Part shown: positions 38,180-50,900 of the stretch, piece after piece | How the letters are laid out: each line of letters begins with the position of its first letter | Numbering within the stretch: the stretch's first letter is position 1 | NCBI RefSeq assembly: GCF_002105155.1 | Contig: NW_019029011.1 | Location: forward strand, 248,001 to 312,000 | Reading direction: 5' to 3' | Source: Lobosporangium transversale | Lineage: Eukaryota | Length of the DNA stretch: 64,000 bases | Program-made: the position numbers and the translations under genes | Notes under the pieces: generated by a model | Seen by the model: only the letters and a program-made list of their open reading frames with translations | Told to the model about the DNA's origin: nothing | Databases searched by the model: none

Positions 38180-41100
38180 ATGGCCCAGCACATGGTCCCT
38201 CGGCAATCCTGGCGCTGCTCAGTGCCGGTGCGAACCTTTAGTTGCCACTCTACTCCACTAGTCACTCGCCCTTGTTCCCGCACTAGCACTTTTTTATCAC
38301 AGGCAGCCACAATACCGGTGACCACACCCTCAACTAAAGTACTTTGGACCTCTTCCTGTATTAAAGCACGCCATCATACTCTACCCCCCTCCTATGGTTT
38401 AATCCACAGTAGACTTCTCTCCACTTCAGGATCAATCCCCGAACCTCGTCGTAAGTATATTTTTTTCCTTTTTTTTTTTTTTTTTTTTTTTTTGTCTTTT
38501 CACTGAGGCCTGGGGATAGAGTGCTAGAATGAATTTGTGTGACTCAACAGTTCATAACAACAACGATGACATTAATAAAACATTATAGCTCTTAGGAAGA
38601 ACAAAGTTGATGTGCAGATGCTACATCCGGAACTGCACAGTAAAGTATTTCCATTTATTGGTCCCTCCTCGACTGTTAACGCCACTAAATCTGCAAATAA
38701 TTCAGAAACAGCAGTAGAAAATACTACCGATCCAACTCCCGAAATGATTCAATGTGCTATCACACACTTGAAGAAGCAGAACTTATGGGGCAAGGAGCCC
38801 ATCCTCGTCCCTGATATAGCTTTCGACCTCCCAGAGTTACGAGGCAAAACTATTGAGGATCATTTCTATAACATTGGGGTTTTTGACTCAGCTACGTATA
38901 AGGAAATGGCCCTCCAATTTGCGCAGTCATCTATTCCTCCGTTGCCAAAACAATGGGACATGCGAGCGGGCTGGACTCGCTACGGTGAAGATGGCTCCAT
39001 CAAACAAGTTGAATACCCAAGGGAAAGAATACTGACGTTCGATGTTGAAACCGTCCCTGGATTGAGCAAATACCCTGTCTTAGCCACTGCCGTCTCTTCT
39101 GAGGCGTGGTATGGATGGGTGTCACCTTGGATCATCAACCCTACCCTTAATGATGGTCTTCAAAATGATTGCCATTTAATTTCATTTGGCCCAAATCGAA
39201 ACATGAAAGGAGAAGAGAAAATATTAGTCGGTCATAATGTCGGATACGATCGAGCACGTGTACTAGAAGAATATTGCATGGAACAGAATGGAATACGGTA
39301 TCTGGACACGATGAGCCTGCATGTTGCGGTCTCTGGACTCTGCACTCAACAAAGACCCAGCTGGCTCAAGTACAGCAAGGCGATTGAGCGAGACGATGAA
39401 GCCTATGTTCACGCATGCAAGGATACAACAGGGAAATATTTTGACGTCAGCTCTGTCAACAGTTTAGCACAGGTTGCCAAGTTCCATTGCGATATTAAAA
39501 TGGACAAGGCCACCAGAAATATCTTGATGGAAGCAACGGATATAAGTCTTGTCCAAGAGAATTTCCAGGCTCTGATGGAATACTGTGGAAATGATGTGAT
39601 TGCAACCCATGCAGTCTACCGACAGACTTTGCCCAAATACTTTCAGACTTGTCCTCATCCAGTATCGTTTGCAGGGATATTGCAGATGGGATCATCCTTT
39701 CTTACCGTAAATGAAGGGTGGACTGCCTATATAGCGCGATGCAATAAAATGTATAGCGATATGGCGAAGAGTGTCGAATCTAAGCTTTTGATGCTGGCAG
39801 AAAAGGCGGTGGAAAACTTTGAGAAGGATCCGGAGCTTTATGCATCAGACCCTTGGTTAAGTCAGCTGGATTGGAACAAACCTCAGCGTGTGTGGTTTGA
39901 GGGCAAGCTTCGAGCGAACGGCAAGGGCTATCTCAAAGGACAGGAACCGCGTTGGAAATGTCGAGCAAAGCTATTGACGGACAAACCAGAGTGGTATCGC
40001 GCACTTTGGAGCCCTGAAGAACAAAGGGTTAAGCTTTCAACACGTCAAAGGGTAGCACCGCTACTGTTGAAATTGCAGTGGAAAGGCTATCCTTTAGTCC
40101 ATTCCACATTGCATGGATGGACCTTCCGTGTGCCCATAGATGATCAAGGCTTTGTTACCAAGACTGAAGCACTTGTCTTTCCAGCTGAGAACGAGGCAGG
40201 GCATCAATCTAGTATCGATCCTACAAAGTATCGCTATTATCGGGTACCACACAATGGTGGTGAGGGCATGAATGTCGGAAATCCATTGAGTAAGGGTTTC
40301 ATGTCTTACTTTGAGGACAATGTCCTAGGCTCATATGCAGCTGAAGGCGAATCGTCTGATGATGGAAGTGGACAACTTGCTAAGCAAGCATTAGATATGA
40401 ATGCCCAGTGCGCTTATTGGGTAAGCTCGCGGGAGCGTATTGAAGATCAATTTGTCGTTTGGGACAAAGGTCAAGGCGGATTGGGTGATAGAATGAGATT
40501 ACCTGATCGTGGAGAAGGTCTCAAGAATGGTATCATTCTTCCTCAAATTATTACCATGGGTACGGTGACAAGGCGTGCAGTGGAAAAGACCTGGATGACA
40601 GCAAGCAATGCAAAGAAAAACCGTATAGGATCAGAGCTCAAGTCAATGGTACAAGCCCCTAAGGGCTACAAGATTGTAGGAGCTGACGTTGATTCAGAAG
40701 AGCTTTGGATTTCAAGTTTGATGGGCGATGCACAGCTCAAAATGCATGGTGCGACTGCTCTTGGCTGGATGACTCTGCAAGGAACTAAGTCTGCGGAAAC
40801 AGACTTACATTCCAAGACAGCACAGATTCTAGGCATTTCTCGTGATCAAGCCAAGGTCTTTAACTACGGTCGTATCTATGGAGCGGGTGTCAAATTTGCA
40901 GCTCGACTCATGCAACAGTTCAACACGACCATCGAAGCGGCGGAAGCAAAGCAAAGAGCTATCAATCTGTATGCTGCTACGAAGGGAATTAAGGAGCAGA
41001 AAGCAATCGATTATGAATTGGTAACAGATCGTCCTTTCTGGCATGGTGGCTCGGAGAGTTATATGTTCAACAGTTTGGAAAGGACGGCAACCGCAGAAGA

Positions 41101-42573
41101 CCCCAGAACCCCAGCCTTGAGCTGTGGTATCACGGACGCACTGAAGCCTAAGTACACTGAGAGCCAATTCATGACATCGCGCGTCAATTGGGTGGTACAA
41201 TCTTCAGGCGTGGATTATCTTCATATGTTACTGGTATCGATGAATTATTTGATCCGGAAGTATGATATCAAAGCGCGATTCATGCTCTGTGTACATGATG
41301 AAGTTCGTTACATGGTCAAAGAAGAAGATACTGCCAGAGCCACGCTCGCTTTGCAGATTAGTAACCTTTGGACGCGTGCCATGTTTTCTTACAAGTTGGG
41401 AATCCATGATCTTCCACAGGTATGAAGATGAGCAAAAAAAAAAAAAAAAAAAAAAACCCTGCGAAATGCGATACCCAACCATTCCATTCTAAACTGATAT
41501 TCTTGTTTTGATAGTCTGTGGCATTCTTTTCATCTGTAGATGTTGATCATGTGTTCCGCAAAGAAGTCAACATGGATTGTATCACTCCCACTCAACAGAT
41601 TCCCATTGCGCACGGCCACAGTCTGACGATCGAGGGCGTTTTAGCTCTGACTGATGGGGGGAAGCTTGGCCCTGTTGTGGAAGGATTCAGAGATGCAGGA
41701 GAAGATCCAATCCCATCTGAGCTTCGGACAATAGGGAAGCGCCAAAAGGTCCAAGCTTCAAAAGCGATCTATGAGGATTCTAGGAACTCTGTTTCACAGG
41801 AACTTAATTTTGGTAAAAGGATGTTTCTTGAAGCACAATCTATGTCTACGCTGTCAGAGATCAAGGAGGCCATCAAGCAAAAAAAGACTCAAGCAGAAAC
41901 TGCTCTAAAGGCTAAAAGGGAAGCCGAACTGAGGGCAGCATCTGGTACAGGTAACTACGACGAAGGAAGCACAAATGGTCCATTCATTCGCGTATCAAAA
42001 ACTAAGGCCGCCGCAACTCCAAGGCGGCGAGTATCAACTATCCCTCGATCTGTCCACTTTGGACCTATGGTCTCTGGCTCATGGGGCATAAAAACTGAAC
42101 AGATACCGCCGACCACATGTGAGGAAGCAACATCAGTAGAAATAATAAATGGATCAACAAAGAGCCCATTCGAACCCAGGGTGTGCAAAGACCACCATTC
42201 GAGTCCTGTTGAGCGATCTCATTCAGGTATTGATACACATTCGGGAAAGAAAACAAAAGTATGTGACCTTTTAGACTTTGAGCAGGATGATCAGCCTGCA
42301 GATGATTTGCTTCGTCACTTTGCACCGTCTTATGTCTCAAGCACTACAAATGCATACAGAAAGCCGATGAAGCTTCCTATACATGAACGACGTGTGATCA
42401 TGGAGCGGCAGGCAGCTAAGGATAAGAAGGTTGACACAACAATGGCTGCAAGTTCCCTGTCATCTGAAGGGTTCCTCCAATTTGGAGCGCGTTCCGTCAC
42501 GAGTATTGTCCCGCCATCTTCTGCAGGGGAGTCAATCTTCCGTACATTTTCTTCTCAAGCTCGACGGAAGTAA
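38180..42573 (+). CDS. MIP1: Mitochondrial DNA polymerase gamma, 3 exons
   Basis: Exo FDVET, VGHNVGYDRAR, YLDTMSLH; Pol VGADVDSEELW, AKVFNYGRIYGAG, CVHDEVRY; AFFSSVDVDHVFRKE. N-terminus looks like a mitochondrial presequence. Confidence 0.97.
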
Positions 42574-42857
42574 CTTTCTGCATTTTTTTTTTCCTCTGCA
42601 TCAATTTTGTTTTTATTATTCTTTTGTGTAAATTCACTTGTACTATTCATGCATTTTTTTATGATTGTTATTTTTACCCATGTGCATCATGTATAGCATG
42701 CTTGTCTCTGTAGTAATAAAAAATCTTTTCTTAACATTTTCTAACACGCCTTGATACTCTAATGGATCTTGTCTAATATTCTGTGTGTACATCAATTTTT
42801 TTTTTTTTTTTTTTTTAACGTATGTTTGTGGGAGCGAATGCATGATGTTGGATTGCT

Positions 42858-43444
42858 TCAAAACTTTCCTTCCTCCTTAGCGGCCATGACTGTTCTGTAT
42901 TTATCCTTGAACATATCCAAATCGACGTAACAGCCTTTCAGATGCCTGCTTCCTTTGGAAGGATCGAAGGCGGTTCTGGCATGCAACACACGGCGATTCG
43001 CAAAGACCATGCATTCGCCAGGTCGCATCGTGTGTCGGAATTGCAGATCGGGTTGCTCAATATAACTAGCAAAACGTTTCAGAGCCCTGTAGAAAGTAGC
43101 CATTTGCTCAGCAGGCAATTCAAGAGGACCCTGGAAAGGAGGAGAGTAATTGACAGTAAGGGAATCATTCAAAGGATCGACTACAATGGTAGTTCGGTTG
43201 TAATGAAGATGATGATCTGCATTACGATAGTGAAAAGTGTTGGGGATCTTTGTGAGGATCTCATAGTCCTCTGGATATTCCTTCTTTAAAAGCTCAACAG
43301 CCTTGAAGGAGTCCATGAAGATACTGGTCCCTCCAGGGACACTGTTCTCAAGACTGTGGAGCAATTGAAGGCCTGGTGGGGCTTCCAAGTACCTATGAAA
43401 AACGGATGATAGGAGATATATTAGTAATTATAATAATTTTTTTC

Positions 43445-43481
<37 letters not shown>

Positions 43482-44486
43482 TTTACTGCTTTCGCTAAAG
43501 GCTTTTGTAACTTACAAGAGGTCCATGTGAAGGCCAAGGTTGAGGTTTGTGTAAGCAACATTCTTGGCATTAGGCACGCTTTTGACATCCCAAGTTCTGC
43601 CGTAGAATGTATGTCTCAAATGTCCAATTCTTTCTGCTGCAGTTGCAACCTCATCATCCTTAGTGGGCATACCCTTTAGAAAAAACAAACCATAGTCCTG
43701 TAGATGTCTTAGTCCCTTGTATAGGCCCTCTGGCGTATTCATGTACTCTTCATAGTTCAACCAAAGGACTTTCTCCTCCATCATTTTCTTGTCCCATAAA
43801 ATAGGTTTATGATTCATGCGTGTTGTTGCTCGGTGCTCTGTTGGCGTTCCGCCATAGGATCCCAGGATCATATCCCAGGGGTATAGTGATTTATGGCCAG
43901 GTTGAGCCTTTGCAGGCTCTTCCCAATCACCTACATCATCCAATCCTTTGGACCATGTCACCTCCAACCCTTCTGGAAGGACTCTATGGGAAGCAGGAGC
44001 CATATCCAGGGGGACTTGAGAAGATGCATGCAGCTTTTGACGGGTAGAGGGGTGAATACATTCAGGGCAAGGGCAATTGTCACGAAGCCAAATCGGGTTC
44101 AGAGTTGTTGTGAATTGTCGAGGACGATGAAAAGCCGATCCCTGGGGCGGTGTGATGGTGATATTGGAGGTTGAGTTGGCAGTCAAGTCAACCTTGGGCA
44201 AGACATCTAAAGAATTAGTGGAGAACGAAGACTCGAACCGGACTGGACTACTGTGAATAGCTCGGATACCATTGAAAGCAACATTATGGGAAAAGACCTT
44301 AGAGCAAAAGGAGGAAAAGAGTTTCAAGTAAGGATAAGAGGAAAAAAAAAAAATAAAAAAAAAATAAAAGAAAAGTGAGCAAGCAATGTCATTTATACAT
44401 ACGGCTGATCGGACAGAAGCATTGGAAGTACCAATAGGGATACTGCACATCGCTCTTGCAGCGCGGGTAAGTGAATGTCTCAACAT
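42858..44486 (-). CDS. Gamma-butyrobetaine dioxygenase-like TauD/TfdA 2OG-Fe(II) oxygenase (AIM17-like), probably mitochondrial
   Basis: WLRDNCPCPECIHPSTRQK Zn motif; NVAYTNLNLGLHMD (HxD); EAPPGLQLLH; NRRVLHART; RHLKGCY. Likely start MLRHSLTRAAR at 44486. Confidence 0.9.
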
Positions 44487-44513
44487 GACGGGACAAAGAA
44501 TAATGAGGAAAAT

Positions 44514-44573
44514 AAAATGAAAATGAAAATGAAAATGAAAATGAAAATGAAAATGAAAATGAAAATGAAAATG
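44514..44573. repeat. (AAAATG)10 microsatellite in the 5' leader of the dioxygenase gene
   Basis: Read directly. Produces the spurious HFHFHF extension of ORF 43512..44627. Confidence 0.92.
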
Positions 44574-44730
44574 AGAGGTACACGAGACAGTCGGAAAAAG
44601 TGTTTGTGCAACCTGTCTCTTGATCAAATTGACTGCATATTTTTATTGCGCTAATTCTTCTATTTTCATTTACTCACACCTACACATATTTATTACTTTT
44701 ATTCATATTGATACGACTCGGCTACTTGTC

Positions 44731-46050
44731 TTAACGTCTTGGTCGTTCTCTAACAACCATCTTATTGGGATGTTTCCTTGTCTTGCCTCCTTTGGAAAGA
44801 GTTCCCCAGGGACTCCTTGGGTGCTTTCCACCTATTGTTTCGTGATGTTATTCCACCAAATAAACAATCATTTAATATCCCTTAATACAAAGTATTCATT
44901 ATTTTTCTTTGTTCAACACACTTTAATGAGTCATCGAGTCTCTTACCCTTAGTCTTTCCCTTTCCTCCTCCATGTGGATGGTCGCATGCGTTCTGTGCAA
45001 CACCACTGTATACAAGAACATTATTAGTAGAGAGCAAAAAGAATAGCTGTCAGTTCAGTTTCGCTTGCATATTCACGAAAACAAAATGGAGTTTTAATAA
45101 AAAAAAAAAGTAGATACGCACCGAACAGTAGGACGAATACCCAACCAGCGGCTACGACCAGCCTTTCCGAGACTTTCATGCATGTTTCCAGGGTTAGAGA
45201 CAACTCCAATAGTGGCACAGACGTCGACAGGAAACTTGCGCACTTCACCGCTGGACAGACGGATAATAGCATGTCCCTTCTCTCCCGTCGACAATAACTG
45301 AGCATAGGTTCCGGCTGCACGAGCAACCTGAGCAGGGCCATTGCGTCTCATTCCAATTGCATGAATAATGGTTCCAGTAGGAATGCGGCTCAGAGGTAAG
45401 CAATTGCCCTTATCAATGGGCAAGGTTGTTGTAATCCCGTTCTTGGGTTGACTCCACGTTGATTTGTCCAAGAAAGAATAGATAACCGAGCCAGGCTGTA
45501 AGTCATGAGGTGCCAAGATGTAAGACTGACGGCCCGTGACCTGATGCTTTAACAAAGCAATCCATGCTGTCCTGCCAGGGTCATATTCCAAACGCTCTAC
45601 TAGTTGAGGCCCAGGCTCACTGCGGTACCAATCCATGATACGTAGACGACGTTTGTGTCCACCGCCACGATGGCGTACCGTGATACGACCCATGTTGTTT
45701 CTGCCTGCAGTCGAGCGTTTTGCGATCGTTAGTGCACGCACAGGCTTTCCCTTCCATAGATGATCGCGAGGCACACGTTTGAGCCAACGACGGCCTGGTG
45801 ATGATGGTGTATAAGTCTTGAACTGAGGTGTTGACGAAGTGGTAGTGGTACTAGTCACAGCTGTAGCATAGGTACGGTGAGCAGCGGTAGGTGTAGCCTT
45901 GGTGAATACAGTTGCTGTGCTCCTGAATGCCCTGAATGTAATGCCGGAAATATGTCCATGAGTGAGTGCAGGCGCAGAGGTAATAATCCTAGCAACACTA
46001 GCTACAGAAGCAGTAGGGCGCCATAAGGACCGAGCAATCCCAGTGAGCAT
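44731..46050 (-). CDS. RML2: Mitochondrial ribosomal protein uL2m, 3 exons
   Basis: GRNNMGRITVRHRGGGHKRR; LEYDPGRTAWIAL; LGKAGRSRWLGIRPTVR; GVAQNACDHPHGGGKG; KHPRSPWG...RERPRR*. Confidence 0.95.
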
Positions 46051-46622
46051 GGCGTCTATATTTTTCTTAGTCCTGTTAGCCTAATGGTAAAGAATGAAAA
46101 GAGGACAAGCCAAATTAGAGAGCATTCAACACGCAACACGCAATACGGAGAGGACAAAGGGTTTGTTTACTTTCGATCTGAAAGCCACTCTTATTGTCAT
46201 ATTATCACGTGAGCGTAGAAAAAGAATGCCACGTTTGACGCGTAACTGCGATCGCATCAGTTCTTTTAAACTTAGCTTTTCTCTTACACTTTAACATACT
46301 GATACAAACACGGGTTTAGAATGACAGAAACTCTCATGGAGGCGCCTCACCGAACTTGGCTAGACGTTCAGCTAGCAGCTCCTAGCAGGAGGCCTTTTGA
46401 AAGCTGACTTTGTTTCTGTCTTTAGTCAGGTGCTAAGCTGGTAGCCATCTATGTCATGCACAGTTAACACTTGATGTATCGTTTCTTATGTAGGAATATG
46501 AGAACTTTCGATGACATAGAAAAAGAGCTATGTACTGCTTATACATTTCATTTTATAACCCATGCTGTCATCAATCTACTAGAATGGTAAATACATTGTC
46601 AACTTCAATGCTAGACCCTTGC

Positions 46623-46654
<32 letters not shown>

Positions 46655-47985
46655 GAAAAGCTAGCCAGGTGAACTGACTGCCAGAGCCAGAGTCAAAGAG
46701 CCCAGATTAACTTCGTGTTCTGTGAAACGCTAGTGGAAGATCAGCATCTGTTTCGGAGAAACCTTTTTTTTTTAACCAATTCCCTCAAGGGTTCAAAAGC
46801 ATTTTAACAAGAGCTGCACTCAATGAGCATAGTAACTATGGACCAAACTGGAGCCCCAAGTGTCAGAGTATCCAGAGTTAATGCAATTCCATGATCTTAA
46901 GTGTCTGGTTACTTCGGCATAATGGTTATAAATCTAAATGCAGAGATATGACCAATCTTTGTCAATAAGGATATTGCTCTCTATGTCCTGCATACGGCTT
47001 TGGACCTCGTAAAATACCTGGTTTCGCATAACAATCATCAAAATGACAATGATCGTGATGATTATAGTGATAATGACTACGGCAAGGAAACTGTATTGGA
47101 AAGATGATTTAACATTGGCGTTCAACATGTACAACGAATGGTATTGCCTGAATGATCATTGGCCAGCCTTGAAGGCGACGACGAGAGCAAAGTTTAAATG
47201 CAGGCCAAAGGATATAGATTACTGTTATACAGTCCTTGCATTCATTTATTTCTTAAATTGCTATTGCCCACTCATGTCTTCCTTTAATGGTAGCACTTAG
47301 CGCCAGGCATGTTGTCGGTTATAATTATGGACAAAATCAAAACTAAGGCCATAAGCAATAGATTAGGCACAATTCTTGAAAATTGCGCCAGGCGCCTTAA
47401 ACTCATCATGCTAACCGTAGGATCTTTCTCAACCGACTCACCTCATTCTTCATCCGAACTAAAATGACCAAAGGGAAAACAGCTGCAGACACACTCTAAT
47501 AAATATATATAGGCGAGATCTGGGTATGGCTAGTGAGCGAACCTCGGATTTGCTGCGCCAACGTCATTTATTAGATCTATTAATAAAAGCTTCCTCTAGC
47601 ATACAGTCCCAACTGTAACCGATTCATTAAAATTGTTCCTTTTCCTCAAGCAAACCCATCACTTTCAGGGATATACAATCAGGCGTAAACGCCCATCTAT
47701 CACCATAGCATCCTGCTCTAACTTTAAGCTGAACGAGATGATCAGAGTTTAGGCTGCAATGTATCTTCTCTAGATACTAAAAGGTTTTCTGTCTAGATGA
47801 TGGAATGACCTGCAATGTCCATCAGATCCAACAGGTCTGATCAAGGAAAAAGTTCAATAGATTTTACGAGAATCCTCGTATATTATATAAGCACAAGCGG
47901 CAATCGTGATAGTGACTTTGAGTGTCTTTTTTCATTGCCGAATAAAGAAAGGTCTGATAGGATGAAGGGGGAAAAATGATTTTAT

Positions 47986-50900
47986 TTAAGAATACAAGTA
48001 AAGATCGCCCTCTATACAGCCTAAGACAAGAAGCTGATTCATGGGTAGGACACTAATGCATGAAATGGATGATCGAATAGCCGAACTCTTGAACTTGGAC
48101 GTATATGCCAGAGACTAGGATTAGCATAGCATCAATACCAGTAATGAATAAGTAAATATGATGAATTTTTTTATATTATTGAGTCTCATAGTTAGGCGCA
48201 TAAAAATAACGAAACAAACAGACGCTTACATCGTCATTTATCGGCGTAAAAGATATCAAATTGCTATGGTGCATAGTAATAATCTCATCCTTGAAGATCT
48301 CCAGTGAAACAATTTCAGATGTACCGCGAATTGATTTGATAAGGCTCAGGGTGTGAACGTTCCATATGCATACCCTATGATCAGCAGGTGCTGAGGTGAT
48401 CAAGATGTCGTTTGTGTAAAACTTCATCTAGCAAAGAGTAAATCGAAAGTGGTTTAAAAACAACATAAATAAAATAATGATAAATAGACAAATAAAACTG
48501 TCGTCATTGTATGATTTATACCTGTGTAATTTCATTGTCTGAAGCTCGCCAATTGCCCACTAATGTCCCTGTCCGTGACTCTAGCAAGGACACTGTGCCA
48601 TTGGAAAACCCAGTCGCAATCAATGTCTCTGCAGGGCTGATCGTCAATGCTTTGATTGACAGACCCAGTTGGCTCGTTGTACGCCAGTTGTGGAGGTTTA
48701 AATGCGTATGACTATCCAGAAAGCTCAAAGAGTTGTCAACATGGCCAGCAACAATACATCGCGAATGGTGGATCGGCGCCATTGTCACCACAGATGCCTT
48801 GCCTGTGCTGAACTGATGCATAGTCTTTCCAGTTTCTGGCTCCCAAAGCTATTCATGATCACAGGGAAAATTAAATGCATTTAAGTGGCTCGCCTGTGAT
48901 AAAAAAAAAAAAAAAAAAAAAAAGTACATCTCCTTACATGAATTTGCCCGTCACAGCTTGCAACAATATCTCCAGTCCCAAATGACCCACCTCCAGTTGT
49001 AAAATGGACATCATATACAGCCCCTCGTCGATGCCCATTATAAGTCATCAAACAGCCAGTCGCAGCTTCTGTTAATTCCGGGCTTTCTATCGCCTTATGG
49101 ATATCCAATGACCACAATTTTACAGTTCGATCCTTTGAACCTGTGGCTAAAATACGCTGATATTCATTGGCGCCAATAACCCTTATTCCAGATGTATGCC
49201 CTTCTAGACCTTGAAGCTTCCAGTCATTGAATGCAAATTGCATGGATTTTGCCATCTCTTCCTGGTTTGTAGATAGGAATCGATTCCAGTTACTATTGAA
49301 GCATATCCGTTGTAAAGGAAGTATTAAAGGATATTGAGTGATATAATGATGTTAACATGGGCAGCTCTATCTACATTTAAATATATTGGTGAGCAGTGCT
49401 TTACCTAAGTTGCTCGAGTCTAGCAGCTGTTTTGGCTTTTCCAGGGGATCCGAAGTTCTGACGAGTTCTCTTTGCGGGGGCTGCGCCGAGAATAGGGGAT
49501 AGTGATCCTGACGGCAAAATCTCTGCTGGTAACTTTACGGATTCTTGATTATAGAAAAGTACTTCGCTAGCTCTTTCACCTGCTATAGATTCCTTACTTC
49601 CAACAGGCAGGCTACTTGCTGGAATGGCGGTTGATGTGTTCACGGACGCCATTGTATTCACAGATGTTGACGTTGAGGCTGACATCAAAGCGGATGCGGC
49701 AGAAGCTAAAGGTCCTGCCCCTCCACCCTCTCCGCTCCCACCACTTCCTTGACTTCCACCAGAAGTTACAGATGCTGGCCTAATCTTTGCTGTTTCAAAA
49801 AGAGACAGTGCCTTTGACATACCAGCAGATGTAGCTGACCAAAGGTCCTTTGTAGAGAACGGTGCCTTTCTGGCATTTGCTAGGTCCCTTGCCTGTTGGC
49901 TCTTTTGTTGCTGCCAGTAGTTAGAAGCAGATGTGGTCACAAATTTCCCCTGAGCAGTGATGCTACCGAGCGAGCGTAGAGGTGAGTTTCCAAATTCCTT
50001 AGAAGCCAACCTAGCCGCAATTAGTCTCTCAATGGCATCGCTAGAAATACATCCGAAAAGAATGCCCATGCATTAATCAGTAGAAAGTGATAGGATATTT
50101 TTTTCATATATATGTCCTTAATACGGCCATTGGAGCATACCTTGCAGGGATCATGCTTTGCATTGCTTCTTGTCCTACACATGAGCACAACTGTCCATAT
50201 GCATACATCATCTATAGAAAGCAGTTAGCAGGTAGCAGTCAGTAAAAAAAATAGCATTTTTATCTTCTGCCCTTACAACGAGAAAGCCCATGGTACAACC
50301 ATGGTTACACACCTGTTCATTTCTTTTTACATCCATAGGAGAAGCTGTTTTTGTGCTCATCTCATCTATTTCGGGCCCAAACCCTGAGAAATACTTTTGC
50401 AGTATAGGAGCGATCTAAAGAAATAAATATAGATATATCATAAGATTACAAGCCAAAACTCTTAACTCTTTATATAATTTTTATTACAGTATCTTACGTG
50501 TTTTTCCCAGTCAGATCTGCTTAGCGAATAGCTGAGATGCAAGATGAAGTCCATTGTAGTACGGCTGACAGCCAGTCTGGGATTGTCCAGAGAGTTAGAT
50601 CGACTGGCTCGCTTACTCAGATTTGGCTCGATTAGACGATAGATCAAGTCTGATCCACCATTTCTCAATTCTGTCACAAGCTGGGTATCATACATATGTG
50701 GGACAAGCTGATGGATAGCGCCAATGGAATAAGGAATATGAGTCAATTGTCGATCCTTGGATAAAGTGATTCATGCATCATGGTTGATATTAACATAGTC
50801 AGATTCCATCACCGTACCGATCCAAGCATCCCAAGGAGGTTTCCTAACGTGTTGCTTGTCCTAGTTGTAAAGTTCATTGAGGCAGAATCGATCAAATGCA

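Noticed and set aside
44487..44627. His-Phe repeat N-terminal extension of the dioxygenase
   Set aside because: Read-through of the (AAAATG)10 microsatellite from a non-ATG start; the ATG at 44486 gives a plausible presequence.
34825..46256. GCGATCGC palindromes upstream of RTC4 (34825) and RML2 (46248) as a shared promoter motif
   Set aside because: Too few instances to distinguish from chance; similar words also occur in coding DNA.
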